A DNA stretch of 64,000 bases from NCBI GenBank assembly GCA_965205025.1, contig CBDBFU010000028.1, positions 32,001-96,000 of the forward strand, given 5' to 3'. Position 1 is the first letter of the stretch. Each line of letters begins with the position of its first letter. The translations under genes were made by a program, and so were the position numbers. Under the pieces are notes generated by a model. It saw only the letters and a program-made list of their open reading frames with translations. It had not been told where the DNA came from and ran no database searches. Positions 10,918 through 19,836 of this stretch are shown piece by piece. Origin of the DNA: Candidatus Poribacteria bacterium (GTDB lineage: Bacteria; Poribacteria; WGA-4E; WGA-3G).

Positions 10918-12213
10918 CTAAACCTCGGTTCGGACATCAATTTTGCCTGTTACTGCTTCTGAGATAAGGGATTGTCGGTATTCTTTTAGGAGTTCTATTT
11001 TACGGTGTTCTGTGGTAATGAGTTCGTCAATCTGTTTGTTTTTCTGGTCAAGGAAGTTAACGATTTGTTTCAGCTCTTGGGGCAAAGGAATAGGGAGACG
11101 AAAATTTGAATACTTTTCACCATTAACATTCTGGATTGTTGAGATGATTACCTGCTGCTCAAGCCAATTTCTATAAAAATGTGATAGTGTTACGTAGTAG
11201 ATAAATTTCGATGTCCAATAATCATCAAAGTTAAATCTAACGAGATAACCCGCACTGGTATATTTTCCTGTTTCAAGATGCAGATAAGATTTTCCCACTG
11301 TTGCTCCACTACGAGACAAAAGCAAATCATAACTATTGAGCATCTGTTCTTGAGGAACATAATCTTCTGATAGATAAACTCCTTTCTGTGCAAGACTTCC
11401 ACCTTCACCAATATCAGTGATTCTGATCAATCTGATCCCTTCTGTGATATATCTATCTGCCTCAATATTAAGACCATATGTCACTGGAATATTGGAGACA
11501 TACTTCAATCTTGTAATGGTCCAATGTGCTGGGATATCCCCAATCCATTCCACACTTGATGGTTTCATCTCCACATGTGGGTTAAGTCCTTTTGTCACTG
11601 CATGATTTATGAGTGCTGTGCGTTGTTCTTGTAGGAGTTCTATCTTTCGTTCTTTGATGCGGATGAGTTCGTCGATTTGCTCGGTTTTTTGGTCGAGGAA
11701 GTTGGCGATTTCATCTTGTTCATAAATTGGTGGAAAAACTAAAGGGATTTGACCAAATTGATCAAAATATAATCTTAATCTGACTTCTAAAATACCTCTT
11801 GAACGCTTTTTAAATTCCGTAAAATAGAGACCGCATCGAAACAGATACTCGTAGAAATGTTCATTTAAGGGACGGCTCTTTCTCAGAATATCGTATGCCG
11901 GACTTGTAACACCCTCGTAATTAGATAAACCAATCGCACCCATCCAGGCAAGAAGTTTATTGACAATGAAATCTCCTTTTTTTACTAACCAATAACCATC
12001 CGTTGTAGTAGCTTTGTTTCCTCTCTCTTCTAACTCTTTTCTTGGTTTAACACCAATATTTGTATATATTGATAAGAGTTCAAAATCATTGTCTTTGGGA
12101 GCTTGTTCTGTGATTAACTGAAATAGATATTTTGTATTTATCACATCCCAATGTACTGGTATTTCCCCAATCCACTCCACACCGCTGTCTTTATATTCTG
12201 GATATTTTCTCAT
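10918..12213 (-). CDS. hsdS: Type I RM specificity subunit (copy 1)
   Basis: YPEYKDSGVEWIGEIP, two TRDs, central IANFLD..T.QID..LLQEQRTALI.HAVTKGL, terminal EYRQSLISEAVTGKIDVR. Confidence 0.93.
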   Translation of the reverse strand: MRKYPEYKDSGVEWIGEIPVHWDVINTKYLFQLITEQAPKDNDFELLSIYTNIGVKPRKELEERGNKATTTDGYWLVKKGDFIVNKLLAWMGAIGLSNYEGVTSPAYDILRKSRPLNEHFYEYLFRCGLYFTEFKKRSRGILEVRLRLYFDQFGQIPLVFPPIYEQDEIANFLDQKTEQIDELIRIKERKIELLQEQRTALINHAVTKGLNPHVEMKPSSVEWIGDIPAHWTITRLKYVSNIPVTYGLNIEADRYITEGIRLIRITDIGEGGSLAQKGVYLSEDYVPQEQMLNSYDLLLSRSGATVGKSYLHLETGKYTSAGYLVRFNFDDYWTSKFIYYVTLSHFYRNWLEQQVIISTIQNVNGEKYSNFRLPIPLPQELKQIVNFLDQKNKQIDELITTEHRKIELLKEYRQSLISEAVTGKIDVRTEV

Positions 12214-12323
12214 AATTCCATCATCTCTTTATCTACATCGCGGATTATGCTGATTACACAAGTTTCACATATTAGATCGGTAGATTGTAATACCAATTTT
12301 TACTTAATTAGTTTACAAAGAAA

Positions 12324-12600
12324 TTCTATAAACATTCCGTCCCTACGGGACTCATTCGGTTAATTGATCCGTTTTCTATAGACATTCCGTCCCTACGGGA
12401 CTCAAGATAATGGATAAACACGTTTTCTATAGACATTTCGTCCCTACGGAACTCAAAATAGTGGATAAGCACGTTTTCTATAAACATTCCGTCCCTACCA
12501 AATCAAGGAATCAACGGTATGAATGACATAAGTTATTCCCCGGGACTCAATATATAAGATATTCCCCTTTTTCTATAGACATTCCGTCCCTACGGGACTG
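12324..12600. repeat. Tandem array of five family-A REP-like units (~50-bp period), fourth unit interrupted by a 43-bp insert
   Basis: TTCTATA(G/A)ACATT(C/T)CGTCCCTACGG(G/A)ACT at ~12324, 12374, 12425, 12476 (split) and 12571. Confidence 0.85.
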
Positions 12601-12701
12601 GAATTTTTACAACTAATTAATCCTATTTAGATGAAAATCGTAATGTAGATATTTCAATTGAAAATGGTATAACTTCATTACATTGTTAGACTTTGTTTAT
12701 A

Positions 12702-13272
12702 TTGGTCTTGAGAATTCTCTTCAATCACAGATTCTTCTGGTTGTTAAAAAGGTGTAAAATCAGATATTTAATCCTAATATACAGACAAAAAATTAATCCT
12801 AAAAACAGACTTTTAATCCTAAATTCTGAGACAGTTGATCGTGTTGTTGCATTTCTCTATGTCTCGAAAAAATGAAAAAAGTTACACTTTTTGTCACACG
12901 GTGTGACATTGAAATTGGTACATATTATCCCTGTAACGCCTGTCATAGACTGCGTTTACGGCACTTTGAATTGATTTTATAAGAATTTCGAAAAAATGTA
13001 GTTTTGTGTTTTTGTTGTTCTTGCGGATTTTGGTGTTCTCTACGGTTAAAAAGGTATGCTTTTTTGACGTATATGAAACTTTGTAATTAGGATCGTTTTT
13101 ATAGATTGTCATTTGTTTTTAGTTATTAGTTTTTGTTTGTGATCTAACCCGTAATTTATTTTCATTTTGAGAAATATTATGAATTTGTTTTTACGTTTTT
13201 GTGATATATATGTTAGTTGTTAGAGGTAGGTGTTTTCTTCATATTTTTAGAAATTTATTTAAGAATGTTTGA
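12702..13272 (-). repeat. ~570-bp conserved intergenic element, copy 1
   Basis: Collinear with 38932-39499 on the opposite strand; contains a 31-bp IR (12931-12961), a 35-bp double palindrome (12876-12910) and 3x TTAATCCTAA. Confidence 0.85.
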
Positions 13273-13491
13273 AAGGTATCCGATAACATCTTCTGGATCA
13301 GAAAGCCGTTCCATTAAAATTTCATGCCATGTTCTGAATCGTTCCATATAAAAAATATGGGCGTGTATACTGGAGTAAGCCACACGCCCGACAATTTACT
13401 TAGGTGTTATATAGTGGATTTAACGATACACATGTAACAATTTGACATATACCTTGTTTATAGAATCTCTTTATCAATGGATACTATTAGA

Positions 13492-13974
13492 TCATGGTGG
13501 AGTCGGTTCTATTGTCCATCCATTCTCATTGGCAAGTGTAGATAATGCTATTGTTAACAAATCAAATGCATTCTTTTGTTTGCTTTTTGAACCAAAGTAA
13601 TTTGGATTTACAACAATTATTGCATGGGCAGAATCCAATAGAGTAGAATTAATGTCAACAATAGGATCCGCTATAACATCCACTGTATGTTCTTCGATAA
13701 CTTTTCCTTCGTGTTTAGTTACCACATTTCCTATTTGACGAATTTGTATAGTTATTATTTCAACAATTCCGTTTTCTACTTTATCTTGAGGTAACTGAGT
13801 ATTGTGATTTATTAATTCCGCCCGATATACAGAAGGCGTTAAATATCTATCCCAGAAAGCACCAGGAAGAATTCTGAATTGCCCATTCATAACTGAATAG
13901 GCGATACCTTCTAATTCTGCTGGAATCCTTCTATATACACTTTCATCATCTCGAACATTATCTTGATTATTCAT
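13492..13974 (-). CDS. Hypothetical protein, possible toxin (YRR...PSV...H motif pattern)
   Basis: 160-aa ORF whose start overlaps the stop of the repaired upstream gene. Confidence 0.6.
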   Translation of the reverse strand: MNNQDNVRDDESVYRRIPAELEGIAYSVMNGQFRILPGAFWDRYLTPSVYRAELINHNTQLPQDKVENGIVEIITIQIRQIGNVVTKHEGKVIEEHTVDVIADPIVDINSTLLDSAHAIIVVNPNYFGSKSKQKNAFDLLTIALSTLANENGWTIEPTPP

Positions 13975-14396
13975 TAATTAGCCATTCCCAGAGCTCAATA
14001 TAATGCTCAGATTTTAGAAAATTGACTTCCATTTCTGTGTTAATATTTGGTCCCCAAACTTTAAAATATTCTACCTCAATTTCTCCGATTTTAAAATGTA
14101 ATTGACGTTTTTGGTTATACCATAATTGCTGTTACATGACCATTACCATCAGTAGAAATGATGGGAGTAATAAACGTATAGTCAGCAGAAATGATTATGT
14201 CTAATAATTTTTCTATCACAGTTTCTGCATGAGATATAGTTAAATCATTAGGTCTATCAAATCCATACTCATTCCAGATTTCTTTCCATTCCTTCAAAAC
14301 ATGAAATTGTCTTGAGATTTCATCTTGCTGAATACGAAGATCTGAATATATAGTTTTAGGTCTATGTTTAATGTCTTCAACATTATCAATGTGCAT
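13967..14396 (-). CDS. Hypothetical protein with apparent +1 frameshift at ~14124
   Basis: Removing one T after GHVTA gives IWYNQKRQLHFKIGE...ELWEWLINE* ending at 13967, overlapping the next ATG. Confidence 0.55.
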
Positions 14397-14527
14397 AAAC
14401 TCACCTTTTTATAAGGTTTGGTCATCTTACCTTCTTGAATTATACAACAACCTACTATATTTATTCAAAGAAAAACACCTGTCGAATACAAGCTAACACC
14501 TCGTTCAGCAAACCATCACTTTTCTGG

Positions 14528-16381
14528 TCAAGTGCTTTGATGCAATAGTTGTATATCATCTTTACAAATAAAATCGACTGTCACACCGTTCTGTTGCAAT
14601 GCATTTTGGAAATCTAACCACCGACTATCTACTGCTTGCAAAATAGGTGGATTTTCTTTATGTGCACATGCGACTGCGATGAATTTACGATCATCTGGAT
14701 CAAAGTCATCCAACGCAGGATCGTCTGGGAACTCCTCAAACTCGTTATCTGAACCGTTAATAGGTGAAATCGAGACCAAGTCGCACTGTGTATCCTTGTT
14801 TCTCAAAAGCCATAAGAGAAATCTATCACCTGCTCCCGGTTCTCCACTGGTGCGAAGATTTCGTAAGTATTCAGCGAGTATTTTCCATTTATCATCAAGA
14901 ACCAATTTCTCTTCACCACGCATAATGCTTGATAGCCGATTGATACATGTATCAATACAATTACCAGATGCTTGGGACGATTTACCGTTGGCAACAACTG
15001 CAACGTTTGTATCTATAATGACATTCATTGAAGCCATCACTTTCCGTCGCCGCATTTCAACTCTCGTTTTTTCTATCAAATCTCCTATATCATCCCCAAA
15101 GAAGTCTTGTGGCCAATTCAGTATATTACCGTATTCATCAACCTTCAGTCTTTCAATTTCGGATGTTCCGTCGTTGATTTGGCAAAAATAGAGGGCTGTA
15201 TCCTCTGGATCAATTTGCTCTTCTGCAATACGACGTTGTAATCTGTGCAGTAGGAGTGCACTGTGGCTTTCCAAAATGATCTGTACGTTTCGATTTTTTA
15301 CCACATCAATGAGGACATCTGCTAAATCTGATTGTACTTTTGGATGTAAGTGTATCTCTGGTTGTTCAAGGATAATGGTCGTATTTTCTGGTACATAGTA
15401 GCATAGGACAAGAACGGGTAGCAGTTGAGATACACCAAAGCCAACATCGGTAATTAACACTTCAGAACTGTTTCGACTCTTTTTTACTCGGAATTCATAA
15501 TCTTTCCGATTTTCAGCGATCGGTTCAAGTGAAAACGAATCAATTAATTCCATTTTTTGTAACCATTCTAATATACGGTATTCAATGGGTTTATGAGAAC
15601 GTTTTACATTGACAAGTCGAGGAGAAGTTAAACCTTCTGCTCGTGCAGCAAGCAGAGCTGGGATTGCTTCTTCTCCACTGATACCTACATCTTGTGGTCG
15701 TTCACCTGACCAGATATAACTCCGTCGTGGATATTCCCGTAGTGGACCGAGGTATGTTATATCTGAAAATAGATTTTCAAAGGCAAGCACAAAATCTGAA
15801 AGGAAACCGAGGTTTTGATAATTCCCACCGACTTCAACGGGAAATCCATAACATTTCACAGGTGGTGGTAAATCCAATGGTCTTCCTTGGTGTCGAATAG
15901 CCTTAAATCCATCATGAATGAGTTCATACTGATTTCTACCATTTTTCTTATTATTTTCTTCTCTTTTCATCCCAAATTTGTAGGCATCAGTTGCGTAATG
16001 GAAATGTTCGACTTGGATACGGTCATTTTCTTCACGAATCTCTGTGTGGAAAGTGAGTTCGTTAGTTGGAAAAAGAGATCTTTGCAGAGACAAGGGTTTG
16101 GATGGTTTCCATGATAACTCTAACTGTAGGGTTAGATCCGTATTATGTGTATAAAGTAGATCTTGGAATGTGCCAAAGTCAACAAGTGCCCTGTCATCAC
16201 CTAAGTGTAACACACGGTTACGGTCTGGTGATTCAGAAGTCTGCATGAGCATCAGCAGAATTTGTAAAATACTGGTTTTACCTGAGCTATTCGCACCGAA
16301 TAAACCTGTTAAAGGCGCGAATTGGAGCGTTTTTGTATCTTGCCATGATTTGAAGTTTTGTGCTCTGAGTTCAGTAATCAT
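14528..16381 (-). CDS. AAA_15/AAA_21 ABC-type ATPase with DUF3696-like tail, in frame with a PIN-like domain
   Basis: MITELRAQNFKSW start at 16381, GANSSGKTS, DVGFGVSQLLP, LEQPEIHLHP, ESHS, WPQDFF; then VIIDTNV...DPDDRKF. Confidence 0.8.
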   Translation of the reverse strand: MITELRAQNFKSWQDTKTLQFAPLTGLFGANSSGKTSILQILLMLMQTSESPDRNRVLHLGDDRALVDFGTFQDLLYTHNTDLTLQLELSWKPSKPLSLQRSLFPTNELTFHTEIREENDRIQVEHFHYATDAYKFGMKREENNKKNGRNQYELIHDGFKAIRHQGRPLDLPPPVKCYGFPVEVGGNYQNLGFLSDFVLAFENLFSDITYLGPLREYPRRSYIWSGERPQDVGISGEEAIPALLAARAEGLTSPRLVNVKRSHKPIEYRILEWLQKMELIDSFSLEPIAENRKDYEFRVKKSRNSSEVLITDVGFGVSQLLPVLVLCYYVPENTTIILEQPEIHLHPKVQSDLADVLIDVVKNRNVQIILESHSALLLHRLQRRIAEEQIDPEDTALYFCQINDGTSEIERLKVDEYGNILNWPQDFFGDDIGDLIEKTRVEMRRRKVMASMNVIIDTNVAVVANGKSSQASGNCIDTCINRLSSIMRGEEKLVLDDKWKILAEYLRNLRTSGEPGAGDRFLLWLLRNKDTQCDLVSISPINGSDNEFEEFPDDPALDDFDPDDRKFIAVACAHKENPPILQAVDSRWLDFQNALQQNGVTVDFICKDDIQLLHQST

Positions 16382-16393
16382 AATTTCGCTTTC

Positions 16394-16454
16394 TGTAGGA
16401 GCGATCTCCGAATAACGACACGTTTGTAGTCGGGAATCGGAGTTTCCTCCTACC
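16394..16454. repeat. Degenerate GTAG-type REP doublet
   Basis: TGTAGGAGCGATCTCC...GTCGGGAATCGGAGTTTCCTCCTAC; related to 29591 and 37308. Confidence 0.55.
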
Positions 16455-16553
16455 TTAAGGTCTTTGGTATGGAAAAATTTGCTGAATATAGACTCAGACG
16501 AGACGAACATGTGAAATGTCAACATACCAAATGGTAACTAACATAAGACATGC

Positions 16554-16835
16554 TTAATAAATATCACCACGATTGTCTATTTGTACAATGTGGATTATTT
16601 GTTCTACTTTGTCGACTTGATAAATGAAACGGAGATGCCCTATCCGATAACGATAAAGTCCTTTTTTCTTCCCATGTAGTGGTTTGATGGTTGTAGGATT
16701 TTCGTGCCGAAACGGAGATCTAAGGATGTACTCAATTGCAGTACTGATTCGCACTTGTGTTTCTTTGTCTAACCTTCTGATAAAATTTTCCACCTTTCTT
16801 GGAAGTGGAGCAAGCGTATATAGTCTGGAATTCAC
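16554..16835 (-). CDS. RelE/ParE family toxin
   Basis: IKPLHG...YRYRIGHLRFIYQVD...IDNRGDIY; GTG start overlaps the antitoxin stop. Confidence 0.85.
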   Translation of the reverse strand: MNSRLYTLAPLPRKVENFIRRLDKETQVRISTAIEYILRSPFRHENPTTIKPLHGKKKGLYRYRIGHLRFIYQVDKVEQIIHIVQIDNRGDIY

Positions 16836-17161
16836 AGTCCAATTTCCTGTTTGATCTGTGTCCATTCCTTGCCGCCGCCAGAGTCTAATTCCTGCTGTGC
16901 TTCAACAATATCTGCTAAGACATCTGGTTCAGAATTAATCAATGCAGTTTCGCGCCATTCAGTGAGAAAAATTGAAAGTAGTTCAGCGTCTTTTTTGCCT
17001 TCTGAGATTCGTGTTAGCAGCTTGAACAATTCAGCAAAAAATTCTACAAGTTCCTCTGTCTCTAACCATTTAAGCCAATCAAAGGACTTTGAGGTAGTAA
17101 CAGATTTTACGAGTAATTGATCATTCATGAGGTGTCCAACGACAAGTTTTGATTTTTTCAT
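16832..17161 (-). CDS. Putative antitoxin of the RelE pair
   Basis: Acidic 109-aa protein, EWRETALINS.PDVLADIVEA..EL..G.G..W; coupled to the toxin. Confidence 0.7.
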   Translation of the reverse strand: MKKSKLVVGHLMNDQLLVKSVTTSKSFDWLKWLETEELVEFFAELFKLLTRISEGKKDAELLSIFLTEWRETALINSEPDVLADIVEAQQELDSGGGKEWTQIKQEIGL

Positions 17162-17285
17162 CTAATACCTCTGTAGGAAGGATTATATTAATGTTTATTG
17201 TACAGGATTAAGCTGCAGGATTCAAAGTTTTATGGTATTGAACAGCGGAATTTAATGTGAATTCGGAATAGATAGTAGTCGGTAA

Positions 17286-19013
17286 TCATAAATCCAACAC
17301 CTCATTCAGCAATCCTTCACTTTTCTGTTCCAGTGCTAACAATTCGTCCGTGATTTCCTTTAGGGATCGCAGGGGTGTGTATTGATAGAAATACTTGTTG
17401 AAATTGATTTCATAACCAACCTTATCCTTCTTCCTGTCCATCCAACTATCGGGAACATGTGGTTTCACTTCTCTTTGGTAGTATTCGTTTATATCATCGG
17501 AAAGGGGTACACGTTCATAGTCGCGCAGTTTAGTATCTGGTTTCGGATTTCCTTTCTTGTCAGTGAGAATATCCCCTGTTTCTTCGTCTATGAGTGGTCT
17601 CTCAATGGTGACCTTCGTATATCCAAAATAGTCATTTGAGAAGATTTTGCAGTGGTCGGTTTCTTCAAAATTCGTGTATAATTCGATTATCTGTGCAATA
17701 TGGTTTTCAGTGATTATGGCGTTCTTGTCTCCGAGATTCCTTTTCATACCATCATAGAATTCAACTGCATTTATGAGTTGTATTTTACCTTCGCGTTCCG
17801 CAGATTTTCGATTTGTTAAAATCCAGATGTAGGTTGCGATACTGGTATTAAAGAAAAGCTTTTCGGGTAACGCAATAATACACTCCAGCCAGTCGTTTTC
17901 GATGATCCATCGTCGTATTTCACTTTCACCGCTGCCAGCATCACCTGTGAAGAGGGGTGAACCGTTAAAGACGATTCCAACACGACTTCCCTTTTCTCCC
18001 ATCTTTGAGAGCATGTGTTGCAAAAATAGAAGTGCACCATCAGAGGAACGTGGTGTACCTGCTGAGAATCTACCTTGAGGATTTTCTGCTTCTGTTTTCA
18101 CTACGGCTTCGTCCGATTTCCAACTGACACCGAAGGGTGGATTGGTAATCATGTAATCGAACCGTTGTCCTTGAAATTGGTCATCAGAGAGGCTGGAACC
18201 GAGGCGTATATTATCAGGATCTTCTTCTGTAATGAGCATGTCAGACTTACAAGTTGCATAACTTTGTGCGTTCAGTTCTTGACCTAATAAACGAATGGTG
18301 GCATCTGGATTTATATGTTTTTTGAAATACTCCTTACCAATAGTCAGCATCCCACCTGTTCCACAACATGGATCGAAAATACTACGAACAATACCTTGTC
18401 CTTTTAGATCGTCTGTGTGTTCCGCGAAAAGGAGTGAAACTAATAGTCGGACAACATCCCGCGGTGTGTAGTGTTCCCCACTGGTTTCGTTGGACATTTC
18501 TGAGAAGCGTCGTAGCAGTTCCTCAAAGATTTGTCCCATAGTGTGGTTATCTACTTGCTTGGGATGTAAATCGACTTCGGTGAACTTGTCACAAAACAGA
18601 TATAGACGGTTGTTGTTGTGTAGTCTTTCGATAAACCCATCAAGATTGAAATTATCTATGATGTCTCGAACTTCCTGACTGAATCCATTGATGTAGTTTT
18701 CAAAGTTTAGACGGATGTTGTTGGGATCACCTTTTAGTCGAGAAAGGTCATATTGAGAAGTGTTGTAGAATTTGGTTTTTATGGTATTCAGAATTATGGG
18801 TGATAATCTATCATCGGGTACATTTTGGTTGTACTTGTTGTAAGCTTCGATTGCTTTCTCTTTCCGATCGTCCTCTTCTAAGATGCAGTCCAATCGGCGT
18901 AGCACCAGAAATGGGAGGGTGATGTCGCCATATTCATGTGGTTTGAATAGTCCTCTGAGAACGTCGTCTGCTACATTCCAAACGAGATTTGCCAGTTCTT
19001 GGTAATTCGCCAT
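17286..19013 (-). CDS. hsdM: Type I RM N6-adenine methyltransferase subunit
   Basis: GEHYTPRDVV, DPCCGTGGML, NPPFG, GSPLFTGDAGSGESEIR. Confidence 0.93.
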   Translation of the reverse strand: MANYQELANLVWNVADDVLRGLFKPHEYGDITLPFLVLRRLDCILEEDDRKEKAIEAYNKYNQNVPDDRLSPIILNTIKTKFYNTSQYDLSRLKGDPNNIRLNFENYINGFSQEVRDIIDNFNLDGFIERLHNNNRLYLFCDKFTEVDLHPKQVDNHTMGQIFEELLRRFSEMSNETSGEHYTPRDVVRLLVSLLFAEHTDDLKGQGIVRSIFDPCCGTGGMLTIGKEYFKKHINPDATIRLLGQELNAQSYATCKSDMLITEEDPDNIRLGSSLSDDQFQGQRFDYMITNPPFGVSWKSDEAVVKTEAENPQGRFSAGTPRSSDGALLFLQHMLSKMGEKGSRVGIVFNGSPLFTGDAGSGESEIRRWIIENDWLECIIALPEKLFFNTSIATYIWILTNRKSAEREGKIQLINAVEFYDGMKRNLGDKNAIITENHIAQIIELYTNFEETDHCKIFSNDYFGYTKVTIERPLIDEETGDILTDKKGNPKPDTKLRDYERVPLSDDINEYYQREVKPHVPDSWMDRKKDKVGYEINFNKYFYQYTPLRSLKEITDELLALEQKSEGLLNEVLDL

Positions 19014-19079
19014 TTATTTCCTTTCTATGAAGAGGTAGTTTCGCTATTGATAAGAAGACAGCTAAAAGAGTGGTGAAAC

Positions 19080-19119
19080 AACATTAAACCCTACAAGCTT
19101 ACCTGTAGGGTTTAATGTT
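19080..19119. terminator. 16-bp perfect stem-loop between the protease gene and hsdM
   Basis: AACATTAAACCCTACA-agcttacc-TGTAGGGTTTAATGTT. Confidence 0.6.
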
Positions 19120-19177
19120 TAAATTATGAGTAGCATGTTATGATATTAAGATAAGTTTATAAACCTACTTATGAAAA

Positions 19178-19606
19178 TCAAGGTGTAATCAAGGTAAGCT
19201 GATTTTCAATAGGTTTGATATTGATTTTTCTATTAGAGTATTTGATTGATATATCAAAATTAGAAAGTATGTCTATTCCAAGTAATCCATCAATATACTC
19301 ATCTTCAGGAAAATCTATCACACCTACATTGATGTTTTCGAATTCTTTTCCAAACACAGTTAACCTACTGAGTTCTATAAACCCATTTTCTACATATCCA
19401 CCAGCAGTAAGAAATTCAACTTTATCTTTAGGATTTGATATATCATAACCTAAATGTGATAAGACTTTGGAATTTATTGAAGTTACTGAAGCTCCAGTGT
19501 CAAGCACTAAATTCACACTTCTTAAATCTTTGTCATTAAAACTATAAATTGTAATGTCTATTTTGATTAGTCCATTATTAGGAATACTAAAACTTAGACT
19601 GTCCAT
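19178..19606 (-). CDS. Clan AA (retropepsin-like) aspartyl protease
   Basis: LVLDTGASVT and DGLLGIDIL motifs. Confidence 0.85.
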   Translation of the reverse strand: MDSLSFSIPNNGLIKIDITIYSFNDKDLRSVNLVLDTGASVTSINSKVLSHLGYDISNPKDKVEFLTAGGYVENGFIELSRLTVFGKEFENINVGVIDFPEDEYIDGLLGIDILSNFDISIKYSNRKINIKPIENQLTLITP

Positions 19607-19836
19607 TATAATAGATACATTCTGTCTTTAGGGATTTCACCGGTAAAACGTATCGCAGCTTTACCTTTATATTTACTTGATATATTGTCTATATCTCGAC
19701 GATGTTTTTTATTAGCAAACACTACACCGGATATAAGTTCTGTAGTTTTTGGACTGATTTCACAATCAACAATAAACAACCACTTATTGGGAAATTTCCT
19801 AATCATTTCTTCATAAGTAAGACGTTGCTTAGACAT
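19606..19836 (-). CDS. Small DUF5678-like protein coupled to the protease
   Basis: LTYEEM...FPNKWLFIVD...GVV; stop overlaps the protease start. Confidence 0.6.
   Translation of the reverse strand: MSKQRLTYEEMIRKFPNKWLFIVDCEISPKTTELISGVVFANKKHRRDIDNISSKYKGKAAIRFTGEIPKDRMYLL

Noticed and set aside
12324-12600. CRISPR array
   Set aside because: Spacers are only ~20 bp and resemble each other (AAGATAATGGATAAACAC vs AAAATAGTGGATAAGCAC), units recur elsewhere (3428-3530), and there are no cas genes; better explained as a REP-like tandem repeat.
16382-16525. N-terminal 48 aa of the 665-aa ORF
   Set aside because: It is translated REP/intergenic sequence; the ATPase consensus starts at MITEL (16381).
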